Source: an uncultured Gemmatimonadales bacterium (GTDB lineage: Bacteria > Gemmatimonadota > Gemmatimonadetes > Longimicrobiales > Gaopeijiaceae). Taken from it: a stretch of DNA of 64,000 nucleotides. The stretch is from contig CAWGKG010000010.1 of NCBI GenBank assembly GCA_963823035.1, positions 96,001 through 160,000 of the forward strand, in the 5' to 3' direction. Of this stretch, positions 33,165 to 44,077 are shown in pieces. Under the pieces are notes generated by a model, which searched no databases, had not been told where the DNA came from, and saw only the letters and a list, made by a program, of their open reading frames with translations. The position numbers and the translations under genes were made by a program. Numbering within the stretch: position 1 is the first letter of the stretch; each line of letters opens with the position of its first letter.

Positions 33165-33200
33165 AAAACAAAAAGGCCCTCCCCCTCCAGCGGGGGGAGG
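33165..33200 (-). terminator. Intrinsic terminator of rpsU
   Basis: Stem cctccccc/gggggagg followed on the minus strand by tttttgtttt. Confidence 0.7.
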
Positions 33201-33229
33201 ACCGTCCTGGCATTCCCGTCCGACGACGC

Positions 33230-33424
33230 CTAGCGCCGATTCCGCCTCTGCCGCCGACGCTCGCGTCGGATGGCGGCCTCGCGCTTGCGCTTGCGCTGCG
33301 CGCTGGGCTTCTCGTAGAAGCGACGCTTCCGCAGCTCGGAGTACAAACCCGACCGCTGCACTTTCCTCTTGAAGCGGCGCAGTGCCCGCTCGAGGCTCTC
33401 GTTATCCTGGACGACTACTTCCAA
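33230..33424 (-). CDS. rpsU: 30S ribosomal protein S21
   Basis: '[21 protein letters not shown]...RRFYEKPS'; TTG start at 33424 with GGAG upstream. Confidence 0.95.
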   Translation of the reverse strand: MEVVVQDNESLERALRRFKRKVQRSGLYSELRKRRFYEKPSAQRKRKREAAIRRERRRQRRNRR

Positions 33425-33467
33425 GACGATCACGCTCCGTGGATGATGGCGAACAATAAAGCTCTGA

Positions 33468-33497
33468 AAGCTAAGCCGTGCCCCCGCGGGCGGTCAA
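33468..33497 (-). promoter_or_regulatory. Sigma70-type promoter of rpsU
   Basis: TTGACC-N18-TAGCTT on the minus strand. Confidence 0.6.
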
Positions 33498-33546
33498 CCG
33501 TGGGCCAGCGGCTCGGATGGGCGGTCCCCGGCAGGCGCCCGTCGCG

Positions 33547-34230
33547 TCAGGGGAGCCTTCCCTCACGGTGCAGCGTATGGGCGTACAGGCGGTAGGTCTC
33601 GGGGTTGGCCCGGAAGTCCTGGACCCAGACCTCGAACGGCGGGAGGGGGAGGAGCTTCTCGATGTGCTCCACCACCATCATGGCGAACTGGATCCGGTCG
33701 GACGCCCTGAAGTCGATGCGCCCGCCGTCGAGGATGCGGTCGACCGCCTCCTCGAAGTCCCCGGGGTCCACCAGGCAGATCAGGTGGGCGACCTGGTCCA
33801 GTCGGTACGACGCGTAGAGGGAGCGCAGGGCGTCGAGCTCCTCGTCGGTCGGCTGACCCCCGCGGTCGTCGGGCCACTCGCCGGACATCTCGCGTGCGTT
33901 CTCCGCGAGGAGCGCGCGGAACTGCCGGCGCAGCTTCGGCGATCGGAGCGCGCTCTTGCGGCTGGTGTGCAGGGCGGACGCGAGGAGGCCGCCGAGGAGC
34001 GGCCGCCCGAGGCCTCGCGCCTTCTGGTGGATCTCCGCCTCGGAGTCCTCGAGGAAGATGTCCGCCGTGCGCACCTCGTCCTCGGCGACCTCGCCGTCCC
34101 CGGGTCGGAAGGAGAAGAAGCCCTGCCAGCGCCCCCCCGCGCCGACGTGGGTCACGAGGAAGCACGCCCACGTCTCGTCCTCGTGCTGAAGAAAAGCGAC
34201 GGAGCGTCTGCGTTCGCTGAGGGGGGCCAT
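33547..34230 (-). CDS. Hypothetical protein A (domain X then domain Y), 227 aa
   Basis: Start MAPLSERR; shares both domains with 35599..36186 and domain Y with 36887..37219. Confidence 0.8.
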   Translation of the reverse strand: MAPLSERRRSVAFLQHEDETWACFLVTHVGAGGRWQGFFSFRPGDGEVAEDEVRTADIFLEDSEAEIHQKARGLGRPLLGGLLASALHTSRKSALRSPKLRRQFRALLAENAREMSGEWPDDRGGQPTDEELDALRSLYASYRLDQVAHLICLVDPGDFEEAVDRILDGGRIDFRASDRIQFAMMVVEHIEKLLPLPPFEVWVQDFRANPETYRLYAHTLHREGRLP

Positions 34231-34333
34231 GAGCGCCGTGTTCCTGGGAGTCCGTGGCCGGAAGATGACCGCCGCCGGCCGGCCCTGCAAGCGCCACCTC
34301 CCGCCCGTCCCGGCGGACGTGGGCACGGCATCC

Positions 34334-34363
34334 TTGCCCGGGGCGTAAACAGATAGTTATCGT
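34334..34363 (+). promoter_or_regulatory. Possible sigma70 promoter
   Basis: TTGCCC-N18-TATCGT in an AT-richer patch. Confidence 0.35.
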
Positions 34364-34368
34364 AGCAG

Positions 34369-34465
34369 CGGACCCCCTGGCAGGGGCCCGGAAAACGTCT
34401 GCGCCCGAAGGCCGTAGCGCGGGCGAGCGGAATCGACAACCCGGCTGCGGCCGGGTTTCTTTTCC
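34369..34465 (+). ncRNA. Candidate small RNA 1 (about 95 nt)
   Basis: Lies between the putative promoter and a terminator; two internal hairpins; no credible ORF. Confidence 0.38.
34438..34465 (+). terminator. Intrinsic terminator
   Basis: aacccggc-tgcg-gccgggtt followed by tctttt; no plus-strand CDS upstream. Confidence 0.6.
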
Positions 34466-34512
34466 AAAAAACAGGACGGCTGCGGGCAGGCGCGCCGCGG
34501 CGAGGACAAGAC

Positions 34513-34553
34513 AAGAAAATAGGAGCGTCCCCGGCTGGCACCGGAGACGCTCC
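34513..34553 (-). terminator. Intrinsic terminator
   Basis: 13-bp stem ggagcgtctccgg/ccggggacgctcc (one G-U), 6-nt loop, then tattttctt. Confidence 0.7.
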
Positions 34554-34596
34554 CTGCAAGGCACGGGTTGGCGGCCCGACCTGACTCTCTTGGCTG
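34513..34596 (-). ncRNA. Candidate small RNA 2 (about 85 nt)
   Basis: Bounded by a TTGACA-N18-TAGCTT promoter and a strong terminator; no ORF inside. Confidence 0.5.
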
Positions 34597-34601
34597 AGGT
34601 C

Positions 34602-34631
34602 AAGCTAGTCGGACCGTCTGGCGGGTGTCAA
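34602..34631 (-). promoter_or_regulatory. Sigma70-type promoter
   Basis: Consensus TTGACA (34631-34626), 18-nt spacer, TAGCTT (34607-34602); same -10 and spacer as the rpsU promoter. Confidence 0.6.
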
Positions 34632-34708
34632 GGGATTCTTGCACCCGCCCATGGGCCTCCATCCGTGTCGCCGACGACGACCCCAAGAGGGGACCGGTGG
34701 AGAGACCG

Positions 34709-35596
34709 ATGAACACGACTGTGCTGACCGAGACCCGCCCCGAGGCGATGGGTGACGTTCCCGGGATTTGCGAGCTGCCCCTGACCCGGGCCGTCGTCCA
34801 ATACCGTGACGTGCACGAGATGGACACGCCCGGCGGGCGCATCGAGGACATCGGCCTCGCCGTGGTCGTGGAGGGCCGCTACGCCGCCTCCGCCGAAGCG
34901 CTCGACCTCGGGAGCGGGAACTTGAAGGTGCTGGATCTCAGCACCGAGCTGGTCGTGCTCGACTGGGTGTACGAGCCCACGCTGGAGCACGTCGCCGGCC
35001 TGCTCACGGCGGTCGCCTCCGGGAAGAGCGACGCACCCTTGCGCAAGTACGCCTTCCGTCTGGGGATGCGCGTCCTCGAGCGGGTGGGCTTCGGCCCCCT
35101 CACGCGGCCGAGCTTCCTCCGCATCGGGTTCCGTGACATCTGCCGCGACCTCGACCTCCACGAAGGGACGTCGATCCGCATCGTGCTCGGCCCGGGAAGG
35201 CTCACGCGCGCGCACCTCGACTACGACGGTTGCGCGCTCCTCTTCCGGACCGCGTTCCAGGAGCCCGACGCTCCGCTCGAGCGGGGGCTCGTAGCCGCCT
35301 TCCCCGACGCCGAGGTCCGCCGCCTCGTCCCCGCGGTCCCGAGCGACGCGCTCGACTACCAGGTGCGTTTTCCGCTCCCCACCGGCCTCGAGGAGGCGCG
35401 CTCCTGCCTCGCCTCGATGCGCCGCGGGATCGGTGCGCTGGTGGCCAGGTTCGAGCCCGAGCGCTTCGAAGTCGTCCAGGGGGTCCTCTCGACCTTCGGT
35501 ACGCGCGAGACGCTGGCGAGCCTGCAGGTGCGCGAGCCTCGCGTGCGCGCCGTGCGGGTGTCGCCTTCCGCTCCCGTCTCCACCGCGGTGCATTGA
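34709..35596 (+). CDS. Hypothetical protein (295 aa)
   Basis: GGAG RBS, ATG 34709, GC3-rich codons; 2 nt from the next gene; no family recognised. Confidence 0.75.
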   Translation: MNTTVLTETRPEAMGDVPGICELPLTRAVVQYRDVHEMDTPGGRIEDIGLAVVVEGRYAASAEALDLGSGNLKVLDLSTELVVLDWVYEPTLEHVAGLLTAVASGKSDAPLRKYAFRLGMRVLERVGFGPLTRPSFLRIGFRDICRDLDLHEGTSIRIVLGPGRLTRAHLDYDGCALLFRTAFQEPDAPLERGLVAAFPDAEVRRLVPAVPSDALDYQVRFPLPTGLEEARSCLASMRRGIGALVARFEPERFEVVQGVLSTFGTRETLASLQVREPRVRAVRVSPSAPVSTAVH

Positions 35597-35598
35597 CC

Positions 35599-36186
35599 AT
35601 GCTCATGCATGCCGCCCCCGAGGTCGTCCGTCCTTCGTCCCACGTCGACGAGGGCGAGTTCCGCGTCCTCTACGCGGCCTACCGGAGACGCCAGGCGGCA
35701 CGCCTTCTCCAGATGCTGCCTCGCGACGCCATCCGCCCGCTGTACAGGCGTGCGCGCTTCGCGGCGGTGCGCGACGGTGGTGGCCACGACGTGGTCGGCG
35801 ACGACCCGCTCGCCTTCCTGGTCGCGTATTGCGAGACGCTTCTGCCGCTCCCTCCGTTCGAGGTCTGGCGGGCGGACTACGAGCTCCATCCCGATGCGCA
35901 CTTCGCCGACCTCGAGGATTCGCTGGACGGTCCGACCCCGGAGTCACCGTCGACGATGGAGGCGCGTCCGCTCGAGCTGGCGGGGGCGCCGTGGATCGCG
36001 CACCTGCGCGCCTTCCAGGAGGGCGGCTTCTGGCGAGCGTTCATCTCCTTCGAGGAGTGCGGCACCGGCCGCCTCCACAGGACCGCGCCGGTGTTCTACG
36101 AGCGCGATGCGGCCGAGCTCCGGGACCGCTTCCTCTCCTTCGAGCCGGCGGCCCTCCAGGCCTTCCTGAGATCCGCGCTCCCCTGA
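35599..36186 (+). CDS. Hypothetical protein B (domain Y then domain X), 195 aa
   Basis: ATG 35599 right after the upstream stop; 'LLPLPPFEVW' identical to protein A. Confidence 0.8.
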   Translation: MLMHAAPEVVRPSSHVDEGEFRVLYAAYRRRQAARLLQMLPRDAIRPLYRRARFAAVRDGGGHDVVGDDPLAFLVAYCETLLPLPPFEVWRADYELHPDAHFADLEDSLDGPTPESPSTMEARPLELAGAPWIAHLRAFQEGGFWRAFISFEECGTGRLHRTAPVFYERDAAELRDRFLSFEPAALQAFLRSALP

Positions 36187-36347
36187 GTCGGGTTTTCGTA
36201 AAAAACGGTCGACGGAATGGCCACGGACACGTATCGGAGCAGCGGCCGAAACTCAGTGGGCCGCATGACGTTCGCACCGTTCGTGTCGACCCGATCGTAA
36301 GCTGCGACCCCACCTGGGAACAGTTGGATTTGACCCGAGCCCGATTT

Positions 36348-36374
36348 GTAAGTCGTTGTATTATAACGACTTAC
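36348..36374. promoter_or_regulatory. AT-rich palindrome, possible operator
   Basis: GTAAGTCGTT-gtattat-AACGACTTAC, perfect 10-bp arms. Confidence 0.55.
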
Positions 36375-36412
36375 GGATAAGCTGCGCCAAGGGATCGGAG
36401 CGGACGAAAGGG

Positions 36413-36441
36413 TTGCGCCTCCTCCGGGGGGGACTTAGTGT
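36413..36441 (+). promoter_or_regulatory. Possible sigma70 promoter
   Basis: TTGCGC-N17-TAGTGT upstream of 36565. Confidence 0.4.
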
Positions 36442-36564
36442 AGTGGCCACTTCGAGGTGATCGCTGTTCCCGCCGAGGCCTCGCCCGGTTGCTGCCCGGG
36501 TGGACGTACGGTGACCCTGAAATCCGAAACTTTTCATCCTTCGACCATTGGGTGAGGTGTGTCT

Positions 36565-36774
36565 ATGTGGGAAACGTGTTCCGTTCAGCTCAACGTGCGT
36601 CTCCCACGCGACGTGGCGGCCCAGGCGGAGGAGGTCCAGAAGACCGATCCCGAGTTCCTGAGTCGGGTTGTGCTGTACGGTCTGACACGCCGCTCCATCT
36701 ACCGCCACCTCCGCGAGCAGGCCCAGGGAGCCACCGGCTCCGGAGCGAGGGAGGCGACGCCCGGCGCCTACTGA
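36565..36774 (+). CDS. Small protein, possibly ribbon-helix-helix DNA-binding
   Basis: GAGGTG RBS; 'VQLNVRLPRDVAAQAEEV...LSRVVLYGL' fits a strand-helix-helix pattern. Confidence 0.6.
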   Translation: MWETCSVQLNVRLPRDVAAQAEEVQKTDPEFLSRVVLYGLTRRSIYRHLREQAQGATGSGAREATPGAY

Positions 36775-36886
36775 GGCTTGCGCTTCCGGCCCCTTCGAAT
36801 CATACGTTTCGGCGCGACCGAGCCCCACGGTACGGTGTGCGCACCGTGCTTCGAGGGGGTGTTTCACGTCCAGCGGGAGGGCCGCC

Positions 36887-37219
36887 GTGGGCGCAGGCCG
36901 GTCGGGCTCGGAAGAGCCCAGCGAAGTCCTGCGGGCCAAATACCTCGATTACTGCTCGGCTCAGGTAGCGGACCTTCTCCTCTACCTGAGTCCGGACGAG
37001 ATCTACCTCCTGGCGCAGCGAGCACATCGCGAGCGGGGGGGAGAGGGCGACCTGTCCTACGTGGAGATGGTGAACATCGCCACGGACTGGCTGAGCGAGA
37101 AGGTGAAGCTCCCACCCCTCGAGGTGTGGACCGTGGACTACCTGGAGCACCCCGATCGGTACGAGGAGTACTTCATGGGGCTGTGGGAGTCCGAAGCCGA
37201 GGTGCCGGAAGAGCCCTGA
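36887..37219 (+). CDS. Hypothetical protein C (domain Y only), 110 aa
   Basis: GGGAGG RBS, GTG start; 'LRAKYLDYCSAQVADLL' and 'LPPLEVWTVDYLEHP'. Confidence 0.8.
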   Translation: MGAGRSGSEEPSEVLRAKYLDYCSAQVADLLLYLSPDEIYLLAQRAHRERGGEGDLSYVEMVNIATDWLSEKVKLPPLEVWTVDYLEHPDRYEEYFMGLWESEAEVPEEP

Positions 37220-37308
37220 GCGCTCGCGCGCCTTGACCTCTGCCTCCCGCGGCGGGATCGTGAGCGCACCGGCGGCCCCTCGCCGGATCCGCTCTTCGGA
37301 GGACCATC

Positions 37309-37686
37309 ATGCCGGCCCGAGCATGGCGGATGACGCCGATTCTCCTGAGCCTCGCCCTGGGTGCGTGCGCCACCGCGCCCGCTCAACAGCACCTCAACGC
37401 CAATCTCATCACCCGCGCTGAGATCGAGGAGCAGGGCCCGTCCTCGGTCTACGATCTGATCCAGAAGATCCGCCCGAACTGGCTGAACGTGCGCCACACG
37501 AGCTTCACCCAGGACACGAACGTGTGGGTGTATCTCGACGGCACGCGCATGGGCGGACCGGAAGCGCTTCGTCAGGTGTCTACGTCCGAGGTCGAGAAGC
37601 TGGAGTTTCTCGACGCGCGCCGGGCCACCGCCCGCTTCGGTTCCGGCCACGTGAACGGCGCCATCCTCATCACGACGCCAGGCTGA
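37309..37686 (+). CDS. Lipoprotein with TonB-plug-like domain
   Basis: Lipobox 'LGAC'; 'LITRAEIE...VYDLIQKIRP...VYLDG...EKLEFL...GAILIT'. Confidence 0.65.
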   Translation: MPARAWRMTPILLSLALGACATAPAQQHLNANLITRAEIEEQGPSSVYDLIQKIRPNWLNVRHTSFTQDTNVWVYLDGTRMGGPEALRQVSTSEVEKLEFLDARRATARFGSGHVNGAILITTPG

Positions 37687-38275
37687 CGGCAGGGACCCTC
37701 CGCGTAGCCTGGCCTGGTGCCGCTCGACCCTCCAGTCGACCGGCCACCCTCTCCGCGAGGAGTGCCTCCAACTTCCCGGTCGACGCGCACTCCCGGACGC
37801 CTTCGGCCGCGCCCCGCACATGCGCCTCCGCGTCCACCCGCGTGTCGAGGATCGTGCCCCCGCCGGCCGCGCCCACCACCGAGACGACGTTGATCAGCAC
37901 GCGCGCGTCGTCCGCGACGGGGCCGGAGAGGTCGAGACCGCAGTCCACCCACCACGAGGCTCGCCGGCCGTCGAGTCGCACGAGGCGGTGGCCCTGGCTG
38001 GCCACCTGGCCTCCGGGCACGCGCGCGGTGATCGTCAGCCCCAGCTCTTCGTAGGCGGTCGTGAGGGCGTTGAACACCTCCCCCGTCGAAGCCGACGGGA
38101 AGGTGTCCGCCACGGCGACGCCGTGCTGCACGACGGCCCCGGTTCCCGCGATGCCCCGCCTCAACTCGGGCGGGGCCGCCGCGGCCGGACCACCGTCGCC
38201 GCCGGGTGACGCGCAGGCGGGGAGGAGGGCGGCGGCCGCCAGCGCCACGCGCGTGATCGGGCAGGCCCGCCGCAT
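37670..38275 (-). CDS. Hypothetical lipoprotein
   Basis: Lipobox-like 'LPAC'; 'VDCG...CASTGKLE'. Confidence 0.6.
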   Translation of the reverse strand: MRRACPITRVALAAAALLPACASPGGDGGPAAAAPPELRRGIAGTGAVVQHGVAVADTFPSASTGEVFNALTTAYEELGLTITARVPGGQVASQGHRLVRLDGRRASWWVDCGLDLSGPVADDARVLINVVSVVGAAGGGTILDTRVDAEAHVRGAAEGVRECASTGKLEALLAERVAGRLEGRAAPGQATRRVPAVSLAS

Positions 38276-38278
38276 GGC

Positions 38279-38740
38279 TCAGAACGGAAGGTCGTCGTCC
38301 GGCTCGCTCGACGACGGCTGTGGGCCGCTACCACCGTACCCGCCGCCGCCGCCACTCCCACCCGACGCGCCCCCGTAGCCGCCCCCCGCACCGCCGGCGG
38401 CCGCGGTGGTCGAGCCGAGCATCACCATCTCGTTGATGACGATGTCGGTCCAGTACTTCACACCCCCCTGGTCGTCCTGGGTCTGGGAGTACTCGATGCG
38501 TCCCTCGACGTAGAGACGATCGCCCTTGTGGACCCATTGCTCGACGATGTCCACCAGGCGACCGAAGAAGGTGAGGCGGTGCCACTCCGTCTTCTCCTGC
38601 TGCTGACCGTCCCGGCCCGACCACGAGCGGTTGGTGGCGAGCGAGAGTTTCGCCACCCGGGCTCCACCGGACGTGGCGCGGATCTCGGGATCGTTCCCGA
38701 CGTTCCCGATCAGCATGACCTTGTTGAGCGACCGACTCAT
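38279..38740 (-). CDS. ssb: Single-stranded DNA-binding protein
   Basis: 'SLNKVMLIGNVGNDPE', 'TEWH', 'YVEGRI', C-terminal 'DDDLPF'. Confidence 0.97.
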   Translation of the reverse strand: MSRSLNKVMLIGNVGNDPEIRATSGGARVAKLSLATNRSWSGRDGQQQEKTEWHRLTFFGRLVDIVEQWVHKGDRLYVEGRIEYSQTQDDQGGVKYWTDIVINEMVMLGSTTAAAGGAGGGYGGASGGSGGGGGYGGSGPQPSSSEPDDDLPF

Positions 38741-38925
38741 GGGGGTGGGGACTCCTGGTGGGGAGGGGCCCGGCGAGCCGGGCGCGAAGACGGCGAAAGG
38801 GCGGCGGCCGGAGCCGCTCGAAGGGCGTAAGGTAAGAGGCGGCGGCAGCGTTTTTCCATCGCGGGTCGGGACGCTATCTTGCGTCGTTCCGACGCGTTCC
38901 CCGCACGAAGCCCGCGCTCCCGACC

Positions 38926-39711
38926 ATGACCGACCTCACGTACATCCGCGTCGAGTGGGACGGCGACCTGGCCGTCGTCACGGTCGACCGCCAGGACAAG
39001 CTCAACGCCCTGAACGCCGAGGTGATCGCCGAGCTCGGCGAGGTGTTCGAGGCGCTCAGGGACGACGACAAGGTCCGGGGGGTTCTCCTGACCGGCGCCG
39101 GCGAGAAGGCGTTCGTGGCCGGTGCCGACATCGGCGAGCTGGCGAAGATGGACTCCGTCACCGGTGTCCGCGTCAGTCGGAGCGGCCAGGATGTCTTCCT
39201 CGCCATCGAGCGCTTTCCCAAGCCGGTGCTGGCGGCCGTCGGCGGGTACGCGCTGGGTGGGGGGTGCGAGCTCGCACTCGCCTGCCACCTGCGCGTCGCC
39301 TCGGACAACGCGCGCTTCGGCCTCCCGGAGGTCGGGCTCGGGATCATCCCGGGGTACGGGGGCACGATCCGCCTCGCGCGGCTGATCGGCCTCGGGCGTG
39401 CGATCGAGATGACGCTCACGGGCGACATGATCGCCGCCGAGCGCGCCGCCGAGATCGGCCTCGTGTCCGCGGTCCATCCCAGGGCCGAGCTCCTCGACCG
39501 CGCGAAGGAGCTGCTCCGCCGCATCACCCGCAACGGGCCGTTGGCCGTGCGCATGGCGCTCGAGTCCATCCAGAGGGGCATGGACGTCGCGATGCAGGGC
39601 GCGCTGGACTTCGAGTCCTCGCTCTTCGGACTGCTCGCGTCGACCGAGGACATGAAGGAGGGGATGTCCGCCTTCCTGGAGAAGCGGAAGGCCGAGTTCA
39701 GAGGTCGCTGA
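38926..39711 (+). CDS. Enoyl-CoA hydratase (crotonase)
   Basis: 'KAFVAGADI', 'ALGGGCELAL', 'GLPEVGLGIIPGYGGT'. Confidence 0.93.
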   Translation: MTDLTYIRVEWDGDLAVVTVDRQDKLNALNAEVIAELGEVFEALRDDDKVRGVLLTGAGEKAFVAGADIGELAKMDSVTGVRVSRSGQDVFLAIERFPKPVLAAVGGYALGGGCELALACHLRVASDNARFGLPEVGLGIIPGYGGTIRLARLIGLGRAIEMTLTGDMIAAERAAEIGLVSAVHPRAELLDRAKELLRRITRNGPLAVRMALESIQRGMDVAMQGALDFESSLFGLLASTEDMKEGMSAFLEKRKAEFRGR

Positions 39712-39877
39712 AGCCCATCTTCATTCCCTGCGTTCGGCCCCTTCCGAGGCATCCACGCGGAGGGGCCGAAAGTCCTTGGAAGACAAGCACTTCCGGGGTG
39801 ATAGAGCGGGTAGCCTGAACGCGCCGGAAAGGTTAAATTCCCTGGATGCTTCCCGGGCTCTGCTCCACGGATGGTCC

Positions 39878-43265
<3,388 letters not shown>

Positions 43266-43282
43266 GGGGCGTCGCGGGAGGC

Positions 43283-44010
43283 TCAGGGCTGAAAGGCGAT
43301 CATCCGGGCCATCTCCCGGGGCTGCACTCGCGCGAGGAGCCTACGGGCCAGGATGTTCCGCACGCCCACGGCGAGGGGATGGCTCCACTGCCCCATCCGG
43401 CCGGCGCGGCGAGACCGGACGACGAAACCGTTCGCCCGAGCCATCCGGGCGGCTCTCGTACCGACGCAGGGCGGGCTCGACCGCGCCGCACGACCCCATC
43501 TGGCGCGCGAGCACCACGGCGTCCTCGAGCGCCTGGCACGCCCCCTGCCCGAGGTTGGGCGTCATCGGGTGGGCCGCGTCTCCGAGCAGGGTGATGCGCC
43601 CGGTCCCCCATCTCCGGAGCGCGGGACGGTCGAGGATGTCGTTGCGCAGGATGTCCGCGCCTTCCATGGCCGTCAGCAGCGCCGGGATGGGATCGTGCCA
43701 GGCGCCGAAGATGCGTCGGAGCTCGGCGAGCTCCCCACCCGGGCCGTGCACTCCTTCCGGGGCGTTCCGGGTGGCGTAGACGTACACCCGCCCCCCGGGC
43801 ACCCGAGCGTGCCCGAAGCGGGCGCCGCGCCCCCAGCTCTCACCGGGGCACAGCGGGACGTCCGGGGCGGTGATGACGGCGCGCCATGCCGTGTAGCCGG
43901 CGTACCGCGGCGGCTTGTATCCGTGCAGGCGCGCGCGCACCACGGAATGGAGGCCGTCGGCGCCGACGAGCACGTCGCCTTCGACCTCGTTGCCGTCGGC
44001 CCCGCCGTCC
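43283..44010 (-). pseudogene. C-terminal fragment of an FAD-dependent monooxygenase
   Basis: 'LVGADGLHSVVR', 'LLGDAAHPMTPNLGQGACQALED'; no N-terminal GxGxxG region before the neighbouring gene; frameshift near 43448. Confidence 0.75.
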
Positions 44011-44077
44011 CTACTACAGCAGGAGCGACGCCCCGGGCTCATCGGGTCCCCGCGATACGCCGGCACGCGAACGGGCC

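Noticed and set aside
34355..34600. SAM-I riboswitch or SRP RNA
   Set aside because: Only fragments resemble them (ttatc, gtcaggtc, cagccaag); the core motifs AGAG/GAGGGA/GCAAC and GGAAGGAAGCAG are absent or out of order.
36187..36564. Replication origin or dif site
   Set aside because: No cluster of TTATCCACA boxes, and the palindrome does not match XerC/XerD arms.
36860..36875. parS-like sequence tgtttcacgtccagcg
   Set aside because: Only the left half matches; the palindromic right half is missing.
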